Origin: a virus
Lineage: Duplodnaviria > Caudoviricetes
IMG/VR virus record: IMGVR_UViG_3300014773_000009
Location: 1 to 64,000 of that record
Reading direction: 5' to 3' (one strand)
DNA: 64,000 bases
The notes beneath the pieces are model-generated. The model was not told where the DNA came from. It ran no database searches and saw only the letters and a list, made by a program, of their open reading frames with translations. Below, one piece after another: positions 8,431 through 18,446 of the stretch (the stretch's first letter is position 1; every line of letters starts with the position of its first letter). The translations under genes were made by a program, and so were the position numbers.

Positions 8431-10680
8431 ATGCAGCCGCTACTCGCCCCCGGGATCTACTCCCACGAAGAGGAACCCGCGCCGGTCACCATCCCCACGC
8501 AAGTGCAGACGGTCGGCGCCATGGTTGGCCTGTCCGAGATGGGCCCGATGGACGGCGCCCCGACGACCAGCGTCGACTTCCCCGACTGGCAGCGCCAGCA
8601 CGGTGGATACACGAGCTGGAACCTCGCCTCGGTGGCGAGCGTGAAGAAGTTCTTCGAGGACGGCGGCCAGCTGCTGCGCTTCGCGCGCACCTGTCACCAC
8701 TCGGATCCGTCGGACCCGAACTCCAAGACGAGCGCGAAGGCGACCAAGACGATCCAGACCTCGGACCTGGCCGCTGGGTCTGGCAGCGTGCTGAGCGCGA
8801 ACGCCGCACCCTACAACCTGGAGCCGGGCGACACCCTCGTGGTGGGTCGGGACGCACTGGGCAACGCCACCGCGACCTTCAACGCCGCGGTGGCAGAGCG
8901 CGCCAGCGGGAACGGTCCGTTCGCGCTGTCGAACAACCAGAACCTCACTCTCTCGGTGAACGGTGGCGCGGTGCAGACCATCACGTTCACCACCAGCATG
9001 TTCGTGGCCATCGGCGCTGCGACGCCGGCCGAAGTCGCGGCCGCCATCAACGGGCAGCTATCTGGCGGGTACGCGGCAGTCGACGGCTCTGCAGTGGACA
9101 TCCGCACGGATCGGCGCGGCACAGGCGCATCGCTCAACATCACCGGCGGCACCGCCAACGGAGCGCTCGGGTACACCACTGGCGCCATCAACGGCACCGG
9201 CAACGTGGCTGACATCGACGCCGTGACCTCGGCCGAGGTCAAGACCGTGGTCGAGGCTGCCGTGTCGGGAGTGACGGTGACCAGCGAGAGCGGCTACCAG
9301 CGCATCACGTCGAACACCACCGGTGGCTCGAGCAGCGTCCAGGTGCAGGCGAGCTCGACGGCGGACGATGAACTTGGCTTCGACAACGCACTGCACACCG
9401 GCAACGCCGCGGGCGCGGTCGACACCCTGCGCATCGACGCCAAGTGGGACGGCTCCTACGGGAACGAGCTCCGGGTGGTGATCGCGGCGGGGACCGACGG
9501 TGTCGCCGGCCACTTCAACCTCACGGTCCAGCGCAACGGCGTGACCATCGAGACGTTCGCCAACCTGTCGATGCTCGACACCGACCCGCGCTTCGTCGAA
9601 ACCATCCTGAACGACGTCAACACGGGCTCGCGCTACATCGCGGCCGTCGACCTGGACGCGGCGGCCAGCTTCCCGCTCGACGTGCCCGCCACTGGCACCC
9701 ACGGTCCCCTCACTGGCGGTGGAGACGGCCTCGGATCGCTCGACGACAACGACTTCGTCGGCGGCTCTGGCGTCAACGGCACGGTCGGCTTGAGCTGCTT
9801 CGACGAAGTGAAGCCAGACCTCATCGGTGTCCCGGAGCGCGCCACGCCGGTGGTGCACAACGCGATGGTGACCTGGTGCGTGACGGTGATGGACGGCAAG
9901 TGCCTCCCCATCCTCGAGCCGCCCGCCGGCTACAGCGACAGCCAGATCGAGACCTACTTCACCTCCACGGCGGCCCTGAAGGGACTGTCGGAGCACGGGT
10001 CGTTCTTCTGGCCGCGCATCAAGGTCGCGAACCCCAACAAGACGGTGTACGGCAGCGGCGACCAGGTAACGGTGCCGGTCACCGGCATGCTGATGGGCCT
10101 CTGCTGCCGGGTCGACGGGCTCAAGGTCGGCGGGCAGTTCGATCAGCCCGCCGGCGCACAGGCCAACTACCTGCCGCGCAACGTCCTGGGCCTCGAGAAC
10201 GACGCGGCCAACAAGAAGAGCGTGCGCGACCGGCTCGCTCCCCTCGGCATCAACGTCATCCGCAACAGCGGGCGCCGAGGCCCCATCATGGTGGACGGCT
10301 CGAGCGTGCTGCTCCAGACCGGCAACTGGCCGAGCATCGGGCAGCGCCGCGGCATCAGCTTCGTCCGAAAGCAGATCGACCTCTTCATGGAGGTCTACGT
10401 CCACCGGAACATCACGGACGATCTGCTTCGTGACGAGAAGGCGACCATCGACGCCTTCATGACCGCGCTGGTGGGAGGCGGGAACCTGCCGTCCAAAGTG
10501 CCGAGCCAGGTGTTCTTCACTGACTTCGGTCCCGGCCAGAACACGGCCGCCACCAAGCGCGCGATGCAAACCCGTGGGCGCCTCGGCATCGCGACCGCCT
10601 ACCCCAACAAGTTCGTCGTCATCAGCATCGGACCGGACAACCGGGCGTTCGAGGCTGAGCTGGCAGCGCAGGTCGGCTGA
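8431..10680 (+). CDS. Contractile tail sheath protein
   Basis: N-term APGIY.HEE; FFEDGG; FWPRIKV..P; GINVIR; C-terminal sheath domain. Confidence 0.9.
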   Translation: MQPLLAPGIYSHEEEPAPVTIPTQVQTVGAMVGLSEMGPMDGAPTTSVDFPDWQRQHGGYTSWNLASVASVKKFFEDGGQLLRFARTCHHSDPSDPNSKTSAKATKTIQTSDLAAGSGSVLSANAAPYNLEPGDTLVVGRDALGNATATFNAAVAERASGNGPFALSNNQNLTLSVNGGAVQTITFTTSMFVAIGAATPAEVAAAINGQLSGGYAAVDGSAVDIRTDRRGTGASLNITGGTANGALGYTTGAINGTGNVADIDAVTSAEVKTVVEAAVSGVTVTSESGYQRITSNTTGGSSSVQVQASSTADDELGFDNALHTGNAAGAVDTLRIDAKWDGSYGNELRVVIAAGTDGVAGHFNLTVQRNGVTIETFANLSMLDTDPRFVETILNDVNTGSRYIAAVDLDAAASFPLDVPATGTHGPLTGGGDGLGSLDDNDFVGGSGVNGTVGLSCFDEVKPDLIGVPERATPVVHNAMVTWCVTVMDGKCLPILEPPAGYSDSQIETYFTSTAALKGLSEHGSFFWPRIKVANPNKTVYGSGDQVTVPVTGMLMGLCCRVDGLKVGGQFDQPAGAQANYLPRNVLGLENDAANKKSVRDRLAPLGINVIRNSGRRGPIMVDGSSVLLQTGNWPSIGQRRGISFVRKQIDLFMEVYVHRNITDDLLRDEKATIDAFMTALVGGGNLPSKVPSQVFFTDFGPGQNTAATKRAMQTRGRLGIATAYPNKFVVISIGPDNRAFEAELAAQVG

Positions 10681-10691
10681 GGGAGATCACC

Positions 10692-11153
10692 ATGGGAGCC
10701 ACGGCAATTCCGTCGCGCATCGAGCAGAAGTGGCAGTACAAGGTCCGCGTCCAGGGGCTGGAGATCGGGCACTTCACGAGCTGCTCGGGCTTGGAGGGCG
10801 AGGTCGAAATGACCGAGTACCACGCCGGTGGCGATCCCGACCCCGCGCTGCAGACCCCGGCCAAGCGCAAGCATGCGCCCGTGACGCTCGGTGCTGGCGC
10901 CAGCGAGGTGACCGACCTCTGGGACATGTGGAACCGCATCTACAACGCGGAGGGCGCGGGGGAGAGTCTCGACGACCTGCGCGTGCAGGTGTTCATCGAC
11001 GTACTCGATCGCGACGGCGAGACCGTGCTCAAGACCCACGTCCTGAACCGCGCCATCATGTCGAAGTTCAAGGCGGGCGAGTTCGACGGGAGCTCGAGCG
11101 ACAACGTCATCGAAGAGGTGACGTTCCACTACAAGAACCTGTCGCGCGGCTGA
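10692..11153 (+). CDS. Tail tube protein (T4 gp19/eCIS-like)
   Basis: FTSCSGL..EVE..EY..GG, PVTL..G, IEEVTF motifs; follows the sheath. Confidence 0.9.
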   Translation: MGATAIPSRIEQKWQYKVRVQGLEIGHFTSCSGLEGEVEMTEYHAGGDPDPALQTPAKRKHAPVTLGAGASEVTDLWDMWNRIYNAEGAGESLDDLRVQVFIDVLDRDGETVLKTHVLNRAIMSKFKAGEFDGSSSDNVIEEVTFHYKNLSRG

Positions 11154-11239
11154 TCTGCGGCTCCCGCTGACCGTTCGGCCGAGCGGGTGAGCGGGCGCCG
11201 ACGTGCTGGATCGCTCGGCCTCTACGCATGAGGTTGAGC

Positions 11240-12079
11240 ATGAGCACCATCACTGGCCCGAGCGGGTTCTCGTTCGAGGCCCGCAAGCTGTCGGCGGACG
11301 AACTCCGGCAGCTGTCCGAGGCGAACGAGTCCAACGAGTCCGACGGCGGTCTCACCCGCATCATCAACGCCTGCTGGGAGGACCTCGTCGACCCCGGACC
11401 CTACCAGATCGCCTCAGGCGCCAGACCGAACTGGGACCGCATCCTGGATGGGGACGTGGTGGTCGCGATCATGCAGATGCGCCGGGCGACGCTGGGGGAG
11501 GTCGTGCAGTTCAACTTCGAGTGCGAGCGCTGCGGGCGCAAGCAGCCGTCCAGCATGGACGTCGAACTATCGAGCTTCGCTGTGCGGACGCTGCCGGAGA
11601 CGACGCGCGCCGCGCTGATGGCCAACAAGCCCCTGGTGGCCCAGCAGCTCGACGGCAGCGAGGTCCACTTCCACCCGATGCTGATGGGCCAGCTCAAGCG
11701 GCTCACCGACGTGAAGCGTCAGTACCAGAAGAAGCTCCCCGCGCACGAGCAGAAGAAGGCGATGCGCGCTCAGCCCTGGGACTTCCTGGTGCGGCAGGTT
11801 ACCCACGTGCAGAAGCTCGGCGACAAGGCAGCTGACGTGATGGAGCGCATCAAGTGGGCTCGGTACATGCCGCTCGACGACTTCTTCCACCTTCAGCAGC
11901 AGTTCGAGAACGCAGAGTGCGGTGTGGACCTCAGCGTCGATGCTGTATGCCAGCACGTGAACTGCGAGTGGGAGCAGGAGGACCTCACGCTCCCTTTGCG
12001 TGGGGCCTTCTTCCGCATGCCGAAGCGGGAGAAGGAGCCGAAGCAGACGGAGCCGGAGAGCGACTCGGCGCTGGGCTGA
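11240..12079 (+). CDS. Tail assembly chaperone (T4 gp26-like, CxxC motifs)
   Basis: Between tube and tape measure; CERC and CQHVNC; C-terminal PL...FF. Motif GCGCCGACG at 11195-11203 lies 36 nt upstream. Confidence 0.7.
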   Translation: MSTITGPSGFSFEARKLSADELRQLSEANESNESDGGLTRIINACWEDLVDPGPYQIASGARPNWDRILDGDVVVAIMQMRRATLGEVVQFNFECERCGRKQPSSMDVELSSFAVRTLPETTRAALMANKPLVAQQLDGSEVHFHPMLMGQLKRLTDVKRQYQKKLPAHEQKKAMRAQPWDFLVRQVTHVQKLGDKAADVMERIKWARYMPLDDFFHLQQQFENAECGVDLSVDAVCQHVNCEWEQEDLTLPLRGAFFRMPKREKEPKQTEPESDSALG

Positions 12080-12318
12080 CGGCCTGTCAGAAGCTGGCCA
12101 AACTCCTCTTTGGCGACCTGAGCCTCGAGCGCTTTCGCGAGAAGGTTCACCGACTGACCTACACCCCAGCCATCGGTGGTGGTGGTGGCTACTCGTTCAC
12201 GCGCGCCGACGTCATGGCCATGACGATCAGCGAGTTCGAGTGGTTCCACGACCGGCTGCCGCGCGCGTGGCAAGAAGATGCCGACGCGCGGAAGAGGGCC
12301 CAGAAGTCGAAGGGTTAA
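12080..12318 (+). CDS. Second chaperone segment (G-T type), probably reached by -1 frameshift; start uncertain
   Basis: The -1 frame is open through LLFGDLSLERFREKVHRL...DVMAMTISEFEWFHDRL; no good ATG/GTG start. Confidence 0.55.
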
Positions 12319-12321
12319 GCC

Positions 12322-14964
12322 GTGAACCAGCTCGGGCTCGGATTCATCTTCTCAGCCAAGGACAAGGCGTCCGCGGCCTTCAGGGCCATGTCGGGAGCTC
12401 TGGTGTCCTTGCGTGGTGAGGCGAAGAAGACCCAGCAAGAGATCGCGAAGGTCCAGCCGATGGGCGGCGGGGCGGCGGGGGCGACGCGCTTGCGCGGTGG
12501 AGACGGGCGTTTCGTCGCTGGTGCTGGCGGTGCTGGCGCGGGCGCTGGCAAGGGCGCCGGCGGCGCGGGAGGCGCAAGCATGTCCGGCGGCGCCGGCGCC
12601 GTGTTTGCCGGTGCCGGGCTTGCCGGCGCGCTGGGTCTTGCGGCGCTCGTGCCAGCGCGTGAGGCGGCTGAGCAGTACGGCAAGTCGCTCGCCAACATCC
12701 GCACCATCGTTGACGAGACGGCGTTCTCCACAGCTGACCTGCAGAAGGTCACGATGGGGCTGGCTGGCACCTACGGCATCGACGCCTTCCAGCAGGCGGA
12801 GGGGCTGTACGAGACCATCTCGGCCGGCATCACCGATGCGAAGCAGGCGACCGAGCTCCTGACGGTGGCCAACAAGTTCGCGGTGGGCGGAACGACCGAC
12901 CTGAAAAGCTCGGTCGACGTCCTCACGTCGGCGGTCAACACCTACCGAGACCAGGGGCTCACGGCTGCTCAGGCCTCGGACATGATGTTCGTCGCGATCG
13001 CCGCAGGCAAGACCACCGCCAGGGAGCTCAGCGCGTCGCTCGGTGAAGTCGCGCCCACGGCGCACGCTGCCGGCGTGTCATTCGCGGAGCTCCAGGCGTC
13101 GATCGCGGCGATGACCCAGCAGGGCATCCGTACGCCGCAGGCTGTCACCGGCCTGAACGCGATGCTCTCCAACCTGATGAAGCCGTCCAAGGACGCAGCC
13201 GACGAGGCGCAACGGCTGGGCGTCGAGTTCTCAGCGACCGCGCTCAAGACGAAGGGATTGCAGGGGGTCCTGAACCAACTCGCCGGCAACACCAAGGTCA
13301 ACGACGAGACCTTTGTGAAGTTGTTCGGGTCGGTGGACGGCGTGAAGGCGGCGCTCGCGCTCGCCTCAGAGGATGGCCGCGTGTTTGGCGAGATCCTCAA
13401 CCAGATGAAGGCAGCCGCAGGCTCGACCGACAAGGCTTTCAAGACCATGTCGGAGTCCGACGCGTTCGCGACCCAGCAGCTGGACGCGCTCAAGAAAAGC
13501 GCCCTCATCCTCATCGGGCAAGCGCTGCGTCCGCTCGTGGCTGGTGTGGTGCAGTTCGGTAGCGCGGTGCTCGGTGCTTTCGCAAAGCTGCCGGCGCCGA
13601 TGCGCGCCTTTCTGGTCCAAGGCTTTGCCATTGGTGCCATGCTGCTTGTCGTGACCGCAGCGCTGGTCGCCTTTGGGGTGGCCGCGGCGGCGGTGGGCGC
13701 GCCGTTCATCATCGGAGCTGCGCTGGCGGCTGCTGCGCTTGGTGGGATCATCGCCGCTGTCGTTGGCCTCAAGTACGCCATCGACAACAACATCGGTGGT
13801 TTGGGCGACAAGTTCGCCGCGGTCGCGGCCAAGGCGAAGCTCGGATGGGAGGGCCTCAAGCAGGCCTTCACGGACGGCGGCTTTTCCGGAGCGGTACGCG
13901 ACGAACTCAACAAGGCAGAGAACGCTGGCCTCAAGGCCTTCATCGTCAACGTCTTCACGCTCGGCAGCCGGATCGCCGAGTTCGCGTCCCAGGTGAAGGC
14001 CGGGTTCGCGTCTGTCGTCGAGACCATGGGGCCGACCTTCGATCGGCTTGGTGCTGCGTTCGGCAAGATCATGTCGATGCTGGGCCTCACCAGCAACTCG
14101 ACCGAGAAGGCCAAGGCGAGCTGGAACAGCTTCAGCGCCGCCGGCGCCAAGGTTGGGTCAGCCCTGGGCACCGCCTTTGACCTCGTGGTGCGCGCCATTT
14201 CGGCGGTGATGGAGGTAGGCGCTGGTTTCATCGGCACCTGGGGGAACATCAAGGCCGCGATGGAGCCGGCACGCAGCGCGCTGAGCGGCATGGGGGCAGT
14301 GTTGTCCGATGTGGGGAAGAAGATCGGCCTCATCAGCCCCGGCGCAGCCACGTCGGGCTGGGAAAAGTTCGGGAAGGTCATCGGCACGACCGTCGAGTTC
14401 GTGGTGGGCTTTGTGTCGGGTGTTGTGCGCGTGCTCACCGGGGTCGTGAACTTCATCGCGGGCATCGTGGAGATCATCGCGGGCATCTTCACGGGGGACT
14501 GGGGCATGATCTGGAACGGCGCCAAGAAGGTGGTGTTCGGGCTGCTCCAGGCGGTGGGGGAGATCCTGCTCGCGATGGCCTCCCAGATTGCGCAGGTGAT
14601 CGATGGGCTCGGCGCACTCGTGGACCAGGACATCGGCGCCACGGCCAAGGTGGACGAACTCCGGAAGTCGATGCGCGGCGGGATCGACGCCATGCTCGAG
14701 GAGACGGCCGATGTGAAGAGCGAGGCGCCCTCAAGCACAGCGACAGCAGCGGCAGCGCAGCTCGACATCCTCAAGTCGTCGATGCCTGCCACCGGGATCG
14801 AGACGCCTGGGTGGGTGGCAGGGCTCACCTCGGCGATCAAGGAGGGCGGCAAGGCAGTGCTGCCGCAGCAGGTGATCAACTTCCAGATCGACGGAGAGAC
14901 GGTCGCCTCGCTGGTAATGGGCAAGGACGGGCGAGAGACGAGCCCGCTGGTGTCGCCGACGTGA
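12322..14964 (+). CDS. Tape measure protein (TP901-type core)
   Basis: AEGLYETISAG, GKTT..EL, 880 aa Ala/Gly-rich, TGDW repeat region, TM segments. Confidence 0.92.
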   Translation: MNQLGLGFIFSAKDKASAAFRAMSGALVSLRGEAKKTQQEIAKVQPMGGGAAGATRLRGGDGRFVAGAGGAGAGAGKGAGGAGGASMSGGAGAVFAGAGLAGALGLAALVPAREAAEQYGKSLANIRTIVDETAFSTADLQKVTMGLAGTYGIDAFQQAEGLYETISAGITDAKQATELLTVANKFAVGGTTDLKSSVDVLTSAVNTYRDQGLTAAQASDMMFVAIAAGKTTARELSASLGEVAPTAHAAGVSFAELQASIAAMTQQGIRTPQAVTGLNAMLSNLMKPSKDAADEAQRLGVEFSATALKTKGLQGVLNQLAGNTKVNDETFVKLFGSVDGVKAALALASEDGRVFGEILNQMKAAAGSTDKAFKTMSESDAFATQQLDALKKSALILIGQALRPLVAGVVQFGSAVLGAFAKLPAPMRAFLVQGFAIGAMLLVVTAALVAFGVAAAAVGAPFIIGAALAAAALGGIIAAVVGLKYAIDNNIGGLGDKFAAVAAKAKLGWEGLKQAFTDGGFSGAVRDELNKAENAGLKAFIVNVFTLGSRIAEFASQVKAGFASVVETMGPTFDRLGAAFGKIMSMLGLTSNSTEKAKASWNSFSAAGAKVGSALGTAFDLVVRAISAVMEVGAGFIGTWGNIKAAMEPARSALSGMGAVLSDVGKKIGLISPGAATSGWEKFGKVIGTTVEFVVGFVSGVVRVLTGVVNFIAGIVEIIAGIFTGDWGMIWNGAKKVVFGLLQAVGEILLAMASQIAQVIDGLGALVDQDIGATAKVDELRKSMRGGIDAMLEETADVKSEAPSSTATAAAAQLDILKSSMPATGIETPGWVAGLTSAIKEGGKAVLPQQVINFQIDGETVASLVMGKDGRETSPLVSPT

Positions 14965-15470
14965 ACGACATCGAGCCCTCCAAGATGACGCTGACCAACG
15001 TGCGAACCGGGCGGACGCTCGAGGTGCAGTTCAACCCGCCCGAGATCGAGGCGAAGCTCTCGAGCACCTACAACATGCTCAAGGTGCTGGGGCTTAGTCA
15101 CGAGCCCCAGCAGTTCCAGCAGCTCACCAACCTGGAGGTGCCGCTCGAGCTCTTTTTCGATCGGCTGACCGCCATCGGGGGCGGCGGTGGCGGGCCGAAT
15201 TACATGAGCGCCCTGAACTTCCTGCGGTCGCTGCAAGTGCCCAACCGAGCGGACAGCGTGCTCGGCGGCGGGGCGCCGGACGTGCTTTTCGTGTGGCCGA
15301 GGCTCTACCGGTTCGTGTGCCGAGTGCACGACTTGACCGAGCGCCACCAACGCTTCGCGCGCGATGGGCGGTCGACGATGATGGTCGTGCGCATGGTGCT
15401 CAGGCGGTTTCGTTCGATCCGCTACCTGGGTGATGAGGTCGAGCGCGACGGCTTCGAGGAGACCGCCTGA
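14961..15470 (+). CDS. CIS tube-initiator-like protein
   Basis: LEVQFNPPEI and PDVLFVWP motifs; GTGA overlap with the tape measure stop. Confidence 0.75.
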   Translation: MNDIEPSKMTLTNVRTGRTLEVQFNPPEIEAKLSSTYNMLKVLGLSHEPQQFQQLTNLEVPLELFFDRLTAIGGGGGGPNYMSALNFLRSLQVPNRADSVLGGGAPDVLFVWPRLYRFVCRVHDLTERHQRFARDGRSTMMVVRMVLRRFRSIRYLGDEVERDGFEETA

Positions 15471-15796
15471 TGCACCGCTTCAGCCGCTACCGGTTCTCGG
15501 ACATCGAGACGGACGCTGCGGGACGCAGGTTCCTCGGTGAGCGCGCGCGCTTCACCTACCGTGACTTGCCCGACAATCGAATCCACACGGTGAGCGCTGG
15601 CCAGAAGCTCCATCACGTGGCTCAGCTCTACTTCGGGCAGATGCCTCGTGCCGGCAATTTGTGGTGGGTGGTCGCAGACTTCCAGCCTGAGCCCATCATG
15701 GATCCGACCCTTGAGCTCGAGGCCGGGCGCGCGCTGGTGGTGCCGAGCATGCGCGTGGTGGAGGAGCTCATCTTCGCCTCATCGAGGCGGTCATGA
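15470..15796 (+). CDS. LysM/tail X-like baseplate protein
   Basis: HTVSAGQKL..VA..YFG....WWVVADF..I.DP. Confidence 0.75.
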   Translation: MHRFSRYRFSDIETDAAGRRFLGERARFTYRDLPDNRIHTVSAGQKLHHVAQLYFGQMPRAGNLWWVVADFQPEPIMDPTLELEAGRALVVPSMRVVEELIFASSRRS

Positions 15797-17097
15797 CCGA
15801 CCAGTCCGCCCCCCAGTTCTTCGTGGCTGTTCGGCACCCAACATCGGGCGCGGAGGAGCGGGTCGACCAGAGCGAGCGCGTGCTCTCGATGTCCTTCGAG
15901 GACACGGAGGCGAAGGCGGACAAGCTGGTGCTGAGCATCGACAACTACGACCTGAGCCAGCTGGACTCGCCGCTTTGGCAACCGGGCAACATCGTCGAGT
16001 TCTCGTTCGGCTACCCGGGGGCGATGAGTCCGACGCGCGAGATGAAGATCCAGACCGTCAAGGGCTTCAACCCACTGCAGGTGGAGGCGCACGGCGACGA
16101 GGCCATCTTCAACCGCCGCCCGCGCACGGACCGCAAATGGGAGAACGTGAAGCGCAGCGATGTGGTGAGGAAGATCGCGGAAGAGTACGGCTACCAGCCG
16201 GACCAACTTCACATCACCGACACCAAGCTCGTGGTCGACCAGGTGACCCAGGGTCGGATGACGGACCTCCAGCTCATCAAATCGCTCGCGTTCCGCGACG
16301 GGTTCGAGTTCTACATCGACTTCGACGGGCTCCACTTCCACCCCAGGAACCTCGACCAGCGTCCCCTGAAGGAGGTCACCTACTTCACGGACCGCACCGG
16401 GGACATCATCTCGGTCTCGGTCGAGGACAGTCGGGCACCTGGCAAACCTGGCGCGGTCGCAGTGGCCGGGCGCGACCCGATGAACAAGGAGACCTTCAAG
16501 GTCGACGCCGACGACAAGAGCACGCCACGCACCACCGTGGCTCCGGAGAGGACCAGCTACGGGGTGATCGAGAAGATCGACGGTGTAACTGGCGCGACCC
16601 ACGAAGAGTCGGTCCCCGTGAAGACGGTGGCCCAGGAGATCACAATCCCGTCACGAGAAGTGACCAAGGAGGCGGCCACGCAGGGGGCGCAGGGCCTGTT
16701 TAAGCAGCTCCAGCTGAAGGCGGTATCGATGACGCTGGGCCTGCGAGGCGACGCCCAGCTCATGGCCAAGTCCATCATCGCGGTGAAGGGTCTGGGCGCT
16801 CGTCTCTCTGGCAACTGCTACGTGATCTCGGTCAAGCACGACCTCGGCGCGGGCTTCACATCCACGGCGAAGGTGCGGCGCGATGGCCACAGCACGGCTG
16901 TCGGGCAGGGCGGGTTTCGGTCCACCACGGCGGCCAGCACGGCCAAGGCAAACAACAAGGACCCGCTGCAGAACGTCGACGCGGCGGGCAAGGAGACGCT
17001 CTCCGGGGCGTTCCGTCAGGTCGAGGTCATCGACCCAGTGACTGGCGCCACCTCGGTCAAGTTGGTGTACTCGGGCGGGCGGAATGCCAAGCCCTGA
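15793..17097 (+). CDS. Baseplate hub / late control D protein
   Basis: Q..MTDLQLI..LA.RDGFEFYID...LHF; G..LSGNCYV.SVKH. Confidence 0.85.
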   Translation: MTDQSAPQFFVAVRHPTSGAEERVDQSERVLSMSFEDTEAKADKLVLSIDNYDLSQLDSPLWQPGNIVEFSFGYPGAMSPTREMKIQTVKGFNPLQVEAHGDEAIFNRRPRTDRKWENVKRSDVVRKIAEEYGYQPDQLHITDTKLVVDQVTQGRMTDLQLIKSLAFRDGFEFYIDFDGLHFHPRNLDQRPLKEVTYFTDRTGDIISVSVEDSRAPGKPGAVAVAGRDPMNKETFKVDADDKSTPRTTVAPERTSYGVIEKIDGVTGATHEESVPVKTVAQEITIPSREVTKEAATQGAQGLFKQLQLKAVSMTLGLRGDAQLMAKSIIAVKGLGARLSGNCYVISVKHDLGAGFTSTAKVRRDGHSTAVGQGGFRSTTAASTAKANNKDPLQNVDAAGKETLSGAFRQVEVIDPVTGATSVKLVYSGGRNAKP

Positions 17098-17101
17098 CGG
17101 T

Positions 17102-17138
17102 GCGCCCACGCGCTTGGCCGAGCGTCCGCACGTACACC
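17102..17138 (+). promoter_or_regulatory. Late-promoter motif copy
   Basis: GCGCCCACG-N22-TACACC-N7-GTG(17146). Confidence 0.5.
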
Positions 17139-17145
17139 CGATGGC

Positions 17146-17718
17146 GTGGAGCTCGACGACCCGACCCAGCGCTACCCATTCGCCTACCCAGGCGTTGTGG
17201 TCGACAACGTCGACCCCGAGGGCCTGAAGCGGTGCAGGATCGAGATCCCCGGCGTGGTCGACATCACCACCTGGGCCTGGCCGATGGGCACGATGGGCGG
17301 TGGCAGCAGCCAGCGTGGCGGGATGGTGAGCCCGGCGATCGGTGCGGATGTGGTGGTCATGTTCCTCCTCGGGGACATCGAGCGCCCAATGTACCTACCG
17401 GCGCACTGGGCGTTCAGGGGCGGTGAGCCCGAGATGCCGCTGCCGGTGAAGGACGTGCCACCGACGGAGGCCCACCAAGTCCAGATGCTGCAGCTCGGCC
17501 ACCTGGTGCTCTCGGTGGACGAGCGACCCGGGCAGAGGAAGCTCGCGATGGAGGACACAGTCACGGGTGACGCGATCGTGTGGGACCTAGAGAAACAGGG
17601 GCTGCGGATCAAGATGACGAGCGCGGTGCTGATCGAGGCGGACGGCCTGGTGCGCGTGAACGGAGCGCAGGTGACCCTCCAGAACCGCATGGTCCAGATC
17701 GACCCCAAGCCGGTGTGA
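17146..17718 (+). CDS. Baseplate spike (gpV/Gp5 OB-fold)
   Basis: GVVVDNVDPEGL.R....P, WA.P, P.IG..V.V.F..GD..RP. Confidence 0.88.
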   Translation: MELDDPTQRYPFAYPGVVVDNVDPEGLKRCRIEIPGVVDITTWAWPMGTMGGGSSQRGGMVSPAIGADVVVMFLLGDIERPMYLPAHWAFRGGEPEMPLPVKDVPPTEAHQVQMLQLGHLVLSVDERPGQRKLAMEDTVTGDAIVWDLEKQGLRIKMTSAVLIEADGLVRVNGAQVTLQNRMVQIDPKPV

Positions 17719-17719
17719 C

Positions 17720-18445
17720 ATGGCCGACGGACTGCCCTCCCTCTCCGACTTCTGCATCAGCCTCTCACTGGGGCCGGGGGAGCTCTGCATCCAGTTTCCA
17801 GGCGGGGTGAAGCTCTGCGCCCAGGCGGGCTTCGACACGGGCGACGCCTCCACGATCGTGCGCAGCCTGCTCGCGCAGGTGAACAGCGCGCTGATGCCCC
17901 TCCAACCGTTCTTCATGGTGCTCGACGCGCTCAAGGCGATCGTCGACTGCGTCCAAGCGGTGCCAGAGGCCATCATCCAGCTCGACCCGAGCGGCATGAT
18001 CGAGTGCATCCCGGACATGGTGAAGAAGCTCACCAAGCTCCTGCAGCTTCTGCCGCAGCTGTCGATCCCTGTGCTCATCAAGCAGCTGCTCGAGGCGCTC
18101 GTGGTGCAGCTGATCGCGCTCCGCGGGCAGATCGCAGCCCTGATCGCGCACCAAGCACGCCTGATCGCTGCCGGGTTGCGCGCCGCCGAGCTCGGCAACT
18201 TCGAGCTTCAGGCGGTGGTGGACTGCGCGCTCGAGAATGTGACCGCGCAGCTCGCGAACAACAACGCGTCGCTCGCGCCGCTCAACCGTTTGATGGGCAC
18301 GATCAACCTGATGCTCGAGCTCGCCGGGCTGCAGCCGATCGAGCTTCTCCCGAGCATGGGCGACGAGGTGAGCGACGAGGTGCTCACGGTGCTCGACGGA
18401 GCCATCGACGTCCTTCAGGTCGCGGCCGACGCGATCCCGGTGTGA
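17720..18445 (+). CDS. Hypothetical baseplate-region protein
   Basis: Tightly coupled ORF with helical, Cys-containing sequence. Confidence 0.6.
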   Translation: MADGLPSLSDFCISLSLGPGELCIQFPGGVKLCAQAGFDTGDASTIVRSLLAQVNSALMPLQPFFMVLDALKAIVDCVQAVPEAIIQLDPSGMIECIPDMVKKLTKLLQLLPQLSIPVLIKQLLEALVVQLIALRGQIAALIAHQARLIAAGLRAAELGNFELQAVVDCALENVTAQLANNNASLAPLNRLMGTINLMLELAGLQPIELLPSMGDEVSDEVLTVLDGAIDVLQVAADAIPV

Positions 18446-18446
18446 C

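Noticed and set aside
11163-11195. Hairpin after the tube gene as a terminator
   Set aside because: The stem is imperfect and has no U-tract.
12969-15350. Long antisense ORFs (e.g. 793 aa here; also 24041-25648, 27955-29946, 39341-41263, 58648-61134)
   Set aside because: They are shadow frames of high-GC genes and have no motifs.
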